NCBI GenBank assembly: GCA_963736015.1
Contig: CAVTNG010000010.1
Span: 82,258-146,257 of the forward strand
DNA length: 64,000 bases
Reading direction: 5' to 3'
Source: an uncultured Chloroflexia bacterium
GTDB lineage: Bacteria > Chloroflexota > Dehalococcoidia > DSTF01 > JACRBR01
Within the stretch, counting starts at the first letter, position 1. Each line of letters starts with the position of its first letter. The notes under the pieces are model-generated. The model saw only the letters and a program-made list of their open reading frames with translations, was not told the origin of the DNA and ran no database searches. Below, piece by piece: positions 54,294 to 64,000 of this stretch. A program made the position numbers and the translations under genes.

Positions 54294-55097
54294 GTGAAGA
54301 ACGAATGGGGCGATGTCCGCTCGGGCCTCGATGCCTTCGATCTCACGGGCAAGCGCGCGCTCGTGATCGGCGCCGGCGGGCAGGCCGGTGCGGCGATCGC
54401 GCTCGCGCTCGGCGAGGCGGGCGCAGACGTAACGGTGTCCTCTATCAGCAGCGACGGCGACGAGATAGTGCGCGTGAAGCGCGTGCAGCAGCAACTGACG
54501 AAGTCCGGGCGGCAGTCATCAACCGTCGCGACGGACGTCACGCTCGGCCAGGGCGTCCAGGTCATGGTCCGTCAGGTCGCGAAGGATCTCGGCGGTATCG
54601 ACATCCTCGTGAACGCGCCCGATGTCTTTCTCGGCAAGGCAGCCGAGTCGACGACCGACATGGAGTGGAACCGTGTGATGCAGGTGAACCTGACCGGCAC
54701 CTTCAACGCCTGCCGTGCTGCCGGCAAGGAGATGTTGAAGCAAGGCGGCGGCCGTATCATCAACGTCACGTCGGTGCTCGGCGAGCGCGCCATCGCCAAC
54801 GCGGCCGCTTACTGCGCCGCACAGGCCGGCGTGCTCAACCTCACCCGCGCGCTCGCGACGGAGTGGGGACCGCATGGCATCACCGTCAACGCCATCGCGC
54901 AGGGGTGGATGGAGCACTCCGCCGCGATCGGCAACCCCGATCCCGCCGCGAACCAGACCGTGCGCTTCGTGCCGATGAAGCGCGCCGGCGCCCCGGATGA
55001 CCTGAGCGCGCTTGCCGTGTACCTGGCGTCGGACTCATGCGGCTACATCACCGGCCAGGTGATGTTCGTCGACGGCGGCCTCACGACCCACCTCTAG
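54294..55097 (+). CDS. SDR-family protein with a non-canonical active-site tetrad (Y-x3-Q)
   Basis: VIGAGGQAG, NVTSV and AAYCAAQAGV (Lys replaced by Gln). GTG start 2 nt after the upstream SDR stop. Confidence 0.75.
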   Translation: MKNEWGDVRSGLDAFDLTGKRALVIGAGGQAGAAIALALGEAGADVTVSSISSDGDEIVRVKRVQQQLTKSGRQSSTVATDVTLGQGVQVMVRQVAKDLGGIDILVNAPDVFLGKAAESTTDMEWNRVMQVNLTGTFNACRAAGKEMLKQGGGRIINVTSVLGERAIANAAAYCAAQAGVLNLTRALATEWGPHGITVNAIAQGWMEHSAAIGNPDPAANQTVRFVPMKRAGAPDDLSALAVYLASDSCGYITGQVMFVDGGLTTHL

Positions 55098-55106
55098 CCC
55101 GCGATC

Positions 55107-56689
55107 CTACCAGCCCACCGCCGCCCCTTCGCCACGAGAATCGCTGCCGCCAATCAGCGCACCGCCGTCCGGATCGACGATGATCGCCTGTGCACGGCCC
55201 GACGCAGCCGCGCGCGGGCCCGTGACCACCTCGTGGCCGCGTAGCGTCAGTTCGCGCTGCGTCGTCTCGGGAATCCCGTCCTCCACGAGCAGCACCTCGC
55301 CCGTATCGCCCCACCGCGGCGCGTCGATGGCCGCCTGTGGATCGAGCCCGAAGTCGATAACACCGGTGAGGACCTGCAGGTTCGTCTGTACCTGGTAGTC
55401 GCCCCCGGGCGTGTTGCCAGCCATGAACAGACGACCGTCCTTGAATACCAGGTACGTGTTCAACGTGTGCATCGTGCGCTTGCCCGGCGCGAGGACGTTC
55501 GGGTGACCCGGCTCGAGCGAGAAGCCCGTCATGCGGTTGTTCATCAGGATGCCGGTGCCTTCGATGGCGAGCGCCGCACCCCAGTTCGCGTACAGGCTCT
55601 GGATGAATGAGCACGAGTTGCCTTCGCCGTCGACGACGACGAACGACGTCGTATCCGACGATCTCGTCCCCACCCCAGCGCGACGCGTCCGTGCAGGATC
55701 AATTTCCTTCCGCCGCGCGGCAGCCCATTCGCCCGTTACCAGCGATGCCGGCTCGAAGTCCACGAACGCGCGATCACCTACGAAGCGTTGGCGATCCTCG
55801 AATGCCAGCTTCTTTGCCTCGACCATATGGTGGACAGCGTCGGGCGAAAGATGCCCCCACGCCGCGAGGTCGTACCCCTCGACGATCTTCAGCTCCTCCA
55901 AAAGGATCAGCCCCTGCGAGTTCGGCGGCGTCTCGTATACGGTGTAGCCGCGATAATCCGCTCGAGAGCGGCTCCAGCACTTCTGCGCGGTGCGACGCTA
56001 GGTCGTCCGTCGTCATGAACCCGCCCGCCGCCTGCACGCCGCCCGCGATCTTCTGCCGCGACGTATCCCTCGTAGAGCGCGCCTCCGCCCTGCGTGCCGA
56101 TCGCTTCGATGATGTCGGCGAGTCCCGGCTGGCGGAACCGCTCGCCCATCGAGGGAGCCCGACCGTCGATATGCATCGCGGTTTGCATCGTGGTGTACTT
56201 CGCGAAGAGCGACTCCGCGAAGCGGATCGACATCGAGAGCTCCCGCGACACCGGGAATCCATGGCGCGCATATCCCACCGCTGGCGCAAGCAGGTCGGGC
56301 ATCGGCATCGAGCACCAACGCGAGTGGAACTCCGCCCACGCGTCGACCAATCCCGGGACCGCGGCCGCCGCACCGCCATGGCCCGGGATGCCGTCCGCGT
56401 AGCGTTCTCGAGTCGCGGCCGGCGGCGCCTTCCCGCCGGAGCACATCGCCGTAACGCGCCCTTCGGCCTGCGGGTACACCAGCACGTAGGCGTCACCACC
56501 AAGGTGGTTCCGGTGCGGCTTCACGACAGGCAGCAGCGCTGACATCGCCAACGCCGCGTCGAAGGCGTTGCCGCCCCGGCGCAACACGTCGACACCTGTC
56601 TGCGACACGAGCGGGTGCTCAGACGCCACCATCCCGTGCTCGGCCAGCACAGGGCCACGCATCGGCGGCGGGTTGGTCGGATCAGGCAT
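55107..56689 (-). CDS. ggt: Gamma-glutamyltranspeptidase (frameshifted as given)
   Basis: GMVASEHPLVSQTGVDVLRRGGNAFDAA, GGDAY, autoprocessing-site DTTSFVVVD, then PGKRTMHTLNTY, GTPGGDYQ and DAPRW. Confidence 0.85.
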
Positions 56690-56706
56690 CCGTGCCCTCC
56701 TCATCT

Positions 56707-57168
56707 TTACGATGCCTCCGTCTCGTTGAACACGCGCTCGAGCGCATCACGCGCCAACGCGATCAGCCGCTGCTCGTCCTTGAACGCCAGCATGCGGTCC
56801 GCCGTCTCGATCGGCGTCCATCGCGCCTCTTCGACTTCGTCGTCGTGATCGTCTGTCGAGCCGGACAGGTAGCGTAGAAGGAAGAAGTGCACGAACTTGT
56901 GCACCCGCACCGGCTCGGGGTCATATGTAGAGCGATACCAGTACTCGATCGTATCGAGGGGTGCCACCATCTCCGAGACGACGCCGGCTTCCTCACGCAC
57001 CTCCCGTAACGCCGCCGCCTCCGTCGTCTCATCGGGCTCGATCCAGCCTTTCGGCAGTTGCCAGCGTCCCTCATGCGTGCGGATCAGCGCGACGTCCGCG
57101 GCGCCATCTTCGCGCAAGCGAAACACGACCCCTCCCGCGGAGATCTCGGTCCTTGTCTTCGGGCTCAT
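56707..57168 (-). CDS. NUDIX hydrolase
   Basis: Nudix box GWIEPDETTEAAALREVREEAG. The ATG overlaps the stop of the Lon-like gene (ATGA). Confidence 0.85.
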   Translation of the reverse strand: MSPKTRTEISAGGVVFRLREDGAADVALIRTHEGRWQLPKGWIEPDETTEAAALREVREEAGVVSEMVAPLDTIEYWYRSTYDPEPVRVHKFVHFFLLRYLSGSTDDHDDEVEEARWTPIETADRMLAFKDEQRLIALARDALERVFNETEAS

Positions 57169-59648
57169 CGCACGCGCCGCCGCGGTCGGTCCGGCTTTGG
57201 GCGCTCGGTCGAAGCCTCCTCGGGCCGCGCGCCATCGCGGGATGCCAGCCGGTTCACCTCTACCGCGCGCCGCGTCATCGTCTCGAGCGCATCCGTGACC
57301 TTACGGAACAGCGTGCCTTCGGCGTACGTGCCGTCCTTGCGCAGCTTCCCCGCCGGTACGCCGGTGAGCACCTCGATACCCTCCCGGATGTTCGATACCG
57401 CATAGATGTTGAATCGACCCTTCTGCACGGCCTCGACGACCTCCGGTTTGAGCATCAGGTTTCGGACGTTGTCCTTCGGCACCAGGACGCCTTGCTCGCC
57501 TGTGAGTCCCCGCGCCTTGCAGACGGCGTAGAAGCCCTCCACCTTTTGGTTCACGCCTCCGATCGCCTGCACGTCGCCGAGCTGGTCCACCGCGCCGGTC
57601 ACCGCCAGCCCCTGGCGTAACGGCACATCGGTGATCGCCGAGAGCAACGCGTACAGCTCGGCCGACGACGCGCTGTCCCCGTCGACCTCGTCATAGAGCT
57701 GCTCGAACGTGATGCTCGCCGAAAACGAGAGTGGCTGCCGGTGAGCGAACTGGCCGTTCAGGTACCCGTTGAGGATCAGGAACCCCTTGCTGTGCGACGG
57801 CCCGCTCTTCTGGATCTCGCGTTCGAGGTTGATGACCTGCCCGCGGCCCATGCTCACCCGCGCGGTGATGCGCGAGGGCCGCCCGAAGGAATAGTCACCC
57901 AGGTCGTAAACCGAGAGTCCGTTGATCTGCCCGACGACCGCCCCGTCCACATCGATCCTGATGATGTTGTCCGCCATGAACTCCTGGATGCGGTCTTCCA
58001 CCAGGCTTGATCGGTAGACCTTCCGCTCGACGGCCTCGTCAACGTGCTTCCCACGCACCCGCGCGCTGCCCTCGTCGCATGCCCAGTAGTCGGCCTCGAC
58101 GACCAGGTCGACGATGTCCATCATCCGCAGCGAGAGCTTCTCCTGGTCGCCAACCATCCGCGAGCTCTGCTCCACGATGCGGGCGACGGCTTCGCGGTCG
58201 AACGGCCGGGTGCCCAGGTCCCGCGCCTGCCGCGCGATGAACCTCGCGTACAACGCGATGTGCGCCGCCGTGCGTTCGACATCCGTCGTGAAGTCGGCTT
58301 TCGCCTTGAACAGCTTCTGGAAGTCTTCATCGACGTTCTGAAGCAGCTGGTAGATACGGTTCGTGCCGATCATCGCCACCTTCACGTCGAGCGGCAGCGG
58401 CTCGGGCGCGAGCGATGCTGTCGGTATGACGCTGAACTGCTCGCCCATGTTTTCGAGCTGCAGCTGGCGCGTGCGCAGCGCCCGCTTGAGGTTGTCCCAC
58501 ACCAACGGCGCCGAGAGAGCGTCGAGTGCGTTGACTACCAGGAACCCGCCGTTCGCCCGGTGCAGCGCGCCCGGCTTGATCATCGTATGGTCCGTGACCG
58601 TCGCCCCGAACGTCGAGCGATAGTCGATGCGGCCGAACAGGTGGTAATAGGACGGGCTCTCGGCGAACACCACCGGCGCCTTTGCATCCTTCGCGTGCGT
58701 CACGATGACGTTGACCTTGTAGCGGTCGAAGAGCGCGTCCCGCTGCGGCGCCGGCAACCCCGGAAGCGCTGGCGACGGATCCTCCTGGCTACGGAAGTCG
58801 CTGAGGTGCCCGACGATGTCCGCCCCCACAGCGTCGATGTACTCAACGACTTGCCGCTGGTCGATGTACTCGCTCTTCAGGTCGTCGAGGCGAGGCGTGA
58901 TAAGCGAGGTCATGAGCTGGCGGTCCAGCTCCGCCATGAGCTGCTGGGCGCCCCGGTCGAGCCGGCGCAGCTGTGGCGCCATCTGCGAGATGATCGAGTC
59001 CAGTTCCTCTGTCTTGGCCTGGATCGCGCGCTTGCGTTCATCAGGCAGCGCGTCGTAGTGCTCCTTGTCGAGTGGCGCCCCGTTGACCGTCGGGATCGAG
59101 CTGATGCCCATCGGAGTAACGTTAATTGTCAGCTCGCGCGCGGTGGCCTCCCGCTGCAGCGCCTCGAAGAAACGCTCCCGCTGCGTCTGGACCTCGCGCA
59201 CGACCTGGTCGCGCCGCTGGGCATATTCGTCGCTCTCGAACGCCGCGGGCACGTCGCGCCGCACGCCGTCGATCAATTCGTCGATATCGTGGCTGAGCTG
59301 ATGTCCGCGGTCTGCCGGCAGGCTCAGCGCGCGCGGCCGCGCCGGCTCGGCGAAGTTGAACACGTAACACCAGTCTCGGGGCGCCGGTCGCGTGGCTGCG
59401 ACGCGCCCCAACTGGGTGCGTAGCTCGGTGCTGCGTCCGGTACCGGGCATGCCCGCCACGAACACGTTGAACCCGTCCGCCTCGATGCTCAGGCCGAAGT
59501 CCATCGCGTTGACGGCGCGGTCCTGACCGACCGTCCCTTCCAATGGCTCCAGCTCCGCCGTCGTCTTGAACTTGAAGACGCGCGGGTCGCAGGCGCGGCG
59601 AAGCCGTTTGACGGGCACCCGCAGCCGGTCGTTCGTGCTAGGGGCCAT
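57165..59648 (-). CDS. Lon-like protease of the LonC/Lon-related type (AAA-like domain with long helical insertion plus S16 protease domain)
   Basis: Intact 827 aa: GQDRAVNAMDFGL, P-loop variant GMPGTGRST (Arg in place of the Walker A Lys), about 200-aa helical insertion, NGGFLVV, protease domain DGDSASSAELYALLSA (Ser) and IGGVNQKVEG (Lys). Confidence 0.8.
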   Translation of the reverse strand: MAPSTNDRLRVPVKRLRRACDPRVFKFKTTAELEPLEGTVGQDRAVNAMDFGLSIEADGFNVFVAGMPGTGRSTELRTQLGRVAATRPAPRDWCYVFNFAEPARPRALSLPADRGHQLSHDIDELIDGVRRDVPAAFESDEYAQRRDQVVREVQTQRERFFEALQREATARELTINVTPMGISSIPTVNGAPLDKEHYDALPDERKRAIQAKTEELDSIISQMAPQLRRLDRGAQQLMAELDRQLMTSLITPRLDDLKSEYIDQRQVVEYIDAVGADIVGHLSDFRSQEDPSPALPGLPAPQRDALFDRYKVNVIVTHAKDAKAPVVFAESPSYYHLFGRIDYRSTFGATVTDHTMIKPGALHRANGGFLVVNALDALSAPLVWDNLKRALRTRQLQLENMGEQFSVIPTASLAPEPLPLDVKVAMIGTNRIYQLLQNVDEDFQKLFKAKADFTTDVERTAAHIALYARFIARQARDLGTRPFDREAVARIVEQSSRMVGDQEKLSLRMMDIVDLVVEADYWACDEGSARVRGKHVDEAVERKVYRSSLVEDRIQEFMADNIIRIDVDGAVVGQINGLSVYDLGDYSFGRPSRITARVSMGRGQVINLEREIQKSGPSHSKGFLILNGYLNGQFAHRQPLSFSASITFEQLYDEVDGDSASSAELYALLSAITDVPLRQGLAVTGAVDQLGDVQAIGGVNQKVEGFYAVCKARGLTGEQGVLVPKDNVRNLMLKPEVVEAVQKGRFNIYAVSNIREGIEVLTGVPAGKLRKDGTYAEGTLFRKVTDALETMTRRAVEVNRLASRDGARPEEASTERPKPDRPRRRVR

Positions 59649-59723
59649 CTCACCTCCATCCCCGTTTGGCGCATCGTACCGAAGGCCCGCCCGAAGGGCC
59701 GCCGGGCGGCGATCCCCTGATCC

Positions 59724-61455
59724 TTGGCGTCGCGCTGGCGAAGCGTCTGTCAGAATGCTACGCAGCGAGTGGATAGCGAATCATCGGCAGCCAGCGAGCA
59801 CGTGACGGCACGCGACCGGGGAGCGGCCCCGTCTGGTCATACCGTCGCCGCCGCAGCTGTCTCGCGCCCGTCCGCCTGGTGGACGAATGCAAGCAGCGTG
59901 CGCGTCGACTTCGCCATCGTCGTTTCGATCACCCTCGCGGCGGCCGTGCTGCGTCTCTGGGACCTGGGGAACCTGCCGTACGGCCTCCATGGCGATGAGG
60001 CGTGGACCGGCATCGACGCACGGAGGCTCCTCGATCATGGCTGGATCAGCCCGTACGTCGAGAGCGCCCTGGGCCAGCCCACCGGCCCGCTGTATCTCAC
60101 GGCTCTGCTGTTCAAGATCTTCCCGCAGACGACGTTCACACTGCGTGCTTCGATGGCACTCTTCGGCATCGCGACGATCCCCGCCACCTACCTCGCCGTC
60201 AGCACGATGTTCAACCGCACGGTCGGCGCCTTCAGCGCACTGCTGCTGACGTTCATGACATGGCATCTGCACCTGAGCCGCACGGCCTTCATGGTCACCG
60301 CATGGCCGCTCATGGAGATGCTCGTGCTCTGGGTCCTCTGGACAGGATTCAGGCGTCCGGCCTGGTGGCGATTCGCGCTTGCAGGCGCCTTCTGGGGACT
60401 CGGCGTGTACAGCTACAACGCCTACGTCCTGTTCTTGCCGATCCCGCTCGTCGGCATCGTCGGATCGCTCGCTCACGCGAGGCACACGCCCGCGTTCTCA
60501 CCTTTGCTTCGCGGCGCGGGTCTGTTCGTCGGAGCCGGCATCATTGCCGCGGTGCCGATGCTCGTCTATATCGCCGCAAACGAGGCGACGTACCGTGAGC
60601 ACCAGCACGTGGTCAGCCTCACTGACTCCCCCGAGTGGAAGGATGCGGCCGCGGGTGGCAAGGCGGAGTTGCTGTGGGACCGCATGGACGAGTGGGGCCG
60701 CGGGCTCCTCATCGGCGACCGGACCGACCTTGGCGACGGCCTCGCGACGCCAAACCGGCCGCGTGCTTGACCCCTTCATCGTCGCTCTGGCGCTGCTCGG
60801 CCTCGGCGTCGTCCTCAGCCGATGGCGCACGCCCGAAAGCGCCACGATGATCGCCGCCGTGCTCATCCTGCCTCTCGGGGCGCTGCTCACGGTCAGCGAT
60901 GGCCTGTTTCGGCGCTCGTTCGGCCTCGCACCCTTCGTCGCCGCGCTCGCCGCGATCCCGCTGGCATGGGTGTGGCAGCGCATCTGCGAGCAGCGGGGCC
61001 GGCGTCGCCTTGCGCTCGGATCGCTGGTTTTCGCCGTGCTCGCCGTCGTCGCCGGCCGTTCCGTATACGATTACTTCACGCTTACGGACGAATCGTTCGA
61101 GATGCGCTTCGTCTATCCGTACCAGGTCGATGCCGCTTCGAAATATATCGACCGGCTACCGCCCGGCACATTCGTCTATTTCTTCAGCGACCGTTGGAGC
61201 TTCGACTACGAGACACGCCGATTTCTCGCGCCCAACGCCACCGGCGAGGACCGTTCGCGCGAGTTCCCCTACGAGCGGGACTTTGATGCCCCTCTGGACT
61301 TCAGCGTTCGAGCGAGCGGCCCCATCGCGTTCGTGATGCTCGGCCCATACGTCGAGGACGTGAACGCCGCCATCAAGCGCTACCCGGGCGGTGAGCTCAC
61401 CGAAGAGCGGCGAGGCGACGAGGTTGTGTATCGCGCCTATTACGTGAATCGGTAA
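59724..61455 (+). CDS. Polytopic membrane glycosyltransferase, GT39/GT83 (PMT/ArnT-like) (one frame change near 60765)
   Basis: LRLWDLGNLPYGLHGDEAWTG (DE motif in first loop), multiple TM helices and a soluble C-terminal domain. The start is uncertain. Confidence 0.65.
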
Positions 61456-61459
61456 TGGG

Positions 61460-62974
61460 CTACGTCGCCGCTTCACGAAAGTCCGGCGTCGACGCGGATT
61501 CTCGATCCGGAGCGGGCACTGTCGCGGCCGCGCTGAGCGGGATTGTGAACGCAAACGTCGTGCCGTCGGCTGGCGTCGACGTCGCTCGGATCTCGCCGCC
61601 ATGCGCGCGCACGATCTCGCGCGAAAGCGTGAGCCCCAGCCCCGCTCCCGTTCCCTGCGTTTCTCCACTGCTGCGATAAAAGCGGTCGAACACGTGCGGC
61701 AGCTCGTCCGCCTCGATGCCGTTGCCGCTGTCGCGTACGAAGAACTCCGCGAACTCGCCGCCGGATAGTCTCACGCCCGCTGACACGCGGCCACCGCGCG
61801 GAGTGTGCCGGAACGCGTTGTCGAGGAGGTTTCCCAGCACCTGCTCGATGCGGTCGAAGTCCGCCCGGACGCTCACGTCCGGCGCAGCCGCGACCTCTAG
61901 CATCACGTCCGCTTCTTCGGCGCGAATCGAGAAGACGTCCTGCATGTGCGCCAGAAGTTCCGATGCGCTCACGTCCGCGACGTTCATCGCCTGCTGCCCG
62001 GACTCGATGCGCGACAGGTCGAGCAGCTCGCCCACCAGGTGCAGCAGCCGCCGCGACTCGGCATCGATGACGCGCGCGGCGCGCTCACGCTCCCCGGGCG
62101 TATCGAGCGTGCCGTCGAGCAGCGCCTGCGAGAACCCACGGATGGAGGTCAGCGGTGTGCGCAGTTCGTGCGACACGTTCGCCAGGAACTCTCTGAGCGC
62201 CCTCTGCGATGTCTGCACCGAGTCCGCCATCGTGTTGACGTCGCTCGCCAGCCCGCGCAACTCCGTCGGTCCGGCGACGGGGACCGGCTCGCGAAAGTCG
62301 CCTGCGGCGACGGCGCGGATGCCGCGCGTCACCCGACCGAGCGGGTGGTACATCCACGCCCACAGGATCAGCGCGACGATCACCGCTGCCCCAAACGCAA
62401 TCCCTCCCGCGAAGAGAAGGCGTGGTGCCAGGTCCCGGAACACATCGCGCGGTGTCGCCTCCGGAAGCGCCACGACGATGCCAGCGATGCCCGCCGGCTG
62501 CAGACGGACCGCCCGCGGCGTCGGCACGGTGACGTACAGCACGCTCGAACCGCTCTCGAGTTTGTGCTTCGATACCGGCAGCTCGGCGAAGTTCGGGCCG
62601 CGCGCCGGTTCCGGCGGCACGTCGAAGTGCTCCGACGCCAGCGACGGATCGATGTCCCCCTCGTCGCTGATGACGTTGCCGTCTGCATCGAGCAGGAGCA
62701 CGATGACGCCGGTATCGTCGGCCTGAAGCCGCAGGTACGAGGTCAGCTCGGTTCGCAGTTTGCGGCCCCCGTTCGGCTCGCTCGTCGTGTTCGCCGCCGG
62801 GAACAACGTCAGGTTGTAGTACACGGGCGATGCAACCGAGCGCAGTGTGCTTGCGGTGAGCTGGTCGCGATAGCCACCGAAGCGCGCGAACAGCGCCAGC
62901 CCGGCGACGAGCAGCGTGATCACGACGATCAGCGCGAACGATGCGATCAGCCGCGACTTGACGCTCTTGAACAT
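61460..62974 (-). CDS. Sensor histidine kinase (2 TM, periplasmic loop, HAMP, HisKA, HATPase_c)
   Basis: H-box FLANVSHELRTPLTSI, N-box LGNLLDNAFRHT, DSGNGI and GTGAGLGLTLSREIV. Intact 504 aa. Confidence 0.9.
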   Translation of the reverse strand: MFKSVKSRLIASFALIVVITLLVAGLALFARFGGYRDQLTASTLRSVASPVYYNLTLFPAANTTSEPNGGRKLRTELTSYLRLQADDTGVIVLLLDADGNVISDEGDIDPSLASEHFDVPPEPARGPNFAELPVSKHKLESGSSVLYVTVPTPRAVRLQPAGIAGIVVALPEATPRDVFRDLAPRLLFAGGIAFGAAVIVALILWAWMYHPLGRVTRGIRAVAAGDFREPVPVAGPTELRGLASDVNTMADSVQTSQRALREFLANVSHELRTPLTSIRGFSQALLDGTLDTPGERERAARVIDAESRRLLHLVGELLDLSRIESGQQAMNVADVSASELLAHMQDVFSIRAEEADVMLEVAAAPDVSVRADFDRIEQVLGNLLDNAFRHTPRGGRVSAGVRLSGGEFAEFFVRDSGNGIEADELPHVFDRFYRSSGETQGTGAGLGLTLSREIVRAHGGEIRATSTPADGTTFAFTIPLSAAATVPAPDRESASTPDFREAAT

Positions 62975-63008
62975 CGCTCAACCCCGGCGGAGGACGGCGG
63001 GGGTCGCG

Positions 63009-63714
63009 TCAGCCATCGCCGTTCCGCCGATCCTCGACGAGCTTGTAGCCGACGCCGCGCACCGTCGCGATGCTCAGCATCGAATCGGCGATCTTCGCGC
63101 GCACGTGCTGCACGTGCACATCGACGGTGCGCGTCTCGCCGTAGAAGTTGTAACCCCAAACGCGATCCAGGAGCTGCTCCCGTGTGAGCACGATGCCCGC
63201 GTTCTCCGCCAGCGTCGCGAGCAGGTCGAACTCCTTCGTCCGCAGCGTCAGTTCGCTGCCATCGATGCTCGCCTCGCGGCGTTGCTTGTCGATCACGAGG
63301 TCGCCGATGCGGATCGTCGCGCCCGCACCCCCCGCCGTGACCTGGCCGGCGCGCCTGATGAGTGCCTTGACGCGCGCCACCAGCTCGCGCGGGTTGAACG
63401 GCTTCGTCAGGTAATCGTCGGCTCCCAGCTCCAGCCCGACGATCTTGTCCACGTCTTCATCGCGCGCGGTGAGCATGATGATCGGGACGTGCGCTCTCCT
63501 GCCGCACCTGTTTGCAGACGTCGTATCCGCTCAACCCCGGCAGCATGAGGTCGAGGATGACCACGCCCGGCTGCAGCTGCAGGATCCTCGCGACCGCGCT
63601 TGTGCCGTCGACGACGCAGACGACGTCGTAGCCCTCCTTCTGGAGGTACACCGACGCTAGTTCACGGATGTGCTCGTCGTCGTCGACGATGACGATGCGG
63701 GTTGCTGTGCCCAT
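63009..63714 (-). CDS. OmpR/PhoB-family response regulator (one frame change)
   Basis: RIVIVDDDEHI, ILDLMLPGLSG, PIIMLTA-like, DDYLTKPF, and winged helix LTLRTKEFDLLATLAENAGIVLTREQLLDRVWG...RTVDVHVQHVRAKI. Confidence 0.9.
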
Positions 63715-63828
63715 CGGCCGCCTGTTGCTCCCTACCTCTCAAACGATATCGTCGCCTGATTCGCCCTGACCGTGCGTTTGAATTGTGTAAAACCGCGGGA
63801 AAATCACCGAAAAAGCGACGCTACGAAA

Positions 63829-63855
63829 GGGAGGGCCCCAATCCGCGGCCCTCCC
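63829..63855 (-). terminator. Rho-independent terminator candidate for the partial minus-strand gene at the window end
   Basis: GGGAGGGCC-N9-GGCCCTCCC. On the minus strand it is followed by TTTCGTAGCGTCGCTTTTT. Confidence 0.5.
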
Positions 63856-63882
63856 TACGCGCCAACGCGAGCTTGGCGAGAA

Positions 63883-64000
63883 CTACGGCGCCGATGGCGC
63901 GGGCTCGGGTTCGAACCCGGCGAACACGCCATCGTCATTCCAGCCGTGCAGCGATCCCGCGTTGACGCGGTACAGGCCCCGGCCCTTCAGGTACGCCCAG
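63883..64000 (-). CDS. 3' end of an unidentified gene (partial, runs off the window)
   Basis: Open frame ...WAYLKGRGLYRVNAGSLHGWNDDGVFAGFEPEPAPSAP-stop. High third-position G+C. Confidence 0.3.
   Translation of the reverse strand, partial: WAYLKGRGLYRVNAGSLHGWNDDGVFAGFEPEPAPSAP

Overview
High-G+C bacterial chromosomal segment, gene-dense on both strands and mostly housekeeping or central metabolism. The gene content (HisZ plus short-type HisG, an 11-gene nuo operon without nuoEFG, a LonC-like protease, F420/flavin-type oxidoreductases, leaderless-looking promoters) suggests a Chloroflexota/Thermomicrobia-like or related soil lineage; that taxonomic call is inference only. Main blocks: (1) tRNA-Glu and a lipoprotein. 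(2) An acyl-CoA block at 1.5-14.5 kb: acyl-CoA synthetase, the large subunit of a B12 acyl-CoA mutase, a mesaconyl-CoA-hydratase-like double MaoC protein, a long acyl-CoA dehydrogenase, a CitE/HpcH-family acyl-CoA lyase, RidA, a SucCD-like ligase and a small ferredoxin. (3) ACT-malic enzyme and a set of redox or xenobiotic-type enzymes (esterase, flavin reductase, P450, LLM oxidoreductase, nitroreductase, sulfotransferase). (4) NfeD. (5) A partial his operon, hisZ-hisG-x-hisD-(micro-ORF)-hisC-x-hisB, containing a tandem-duplicated HisG and three non-canonical inserted genes. (6) A diiron protein, an FAD oxidoreductase, hydrolases, GNATs, purS, an HxlR regulator, a thioesterase, a dienelactone hydrolase and an MDR dehydrogenase. 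(7) nuoABCDHIJKLMN on the minus strand. (8) cobO, rhomboid, MerR, two SDRs, GGT-Nudix-LonC, a GT39-like glycosyltransferase and a two-component system. No rRNA, CRISPR array, transposase or integrase was seen. Important caveat: about half of the recognisable genes can only be read by switching frame one or more times. These include core genes such as nuoL, nuoD, sucCD and hisB. This looks like indel error in the sequence rather than gene decay, so boundaries of frameshifted genes are approximate. The observations I consider most worth follow-up are in the his operon (fused double HisG, an embedded Zn-phosphoesterase-like gene, a translationally coupled 54-codon Cys4 micro-ORF, a P-loop kinase-like gene) and the Mch/ACAD/lyase/ligase cluster.
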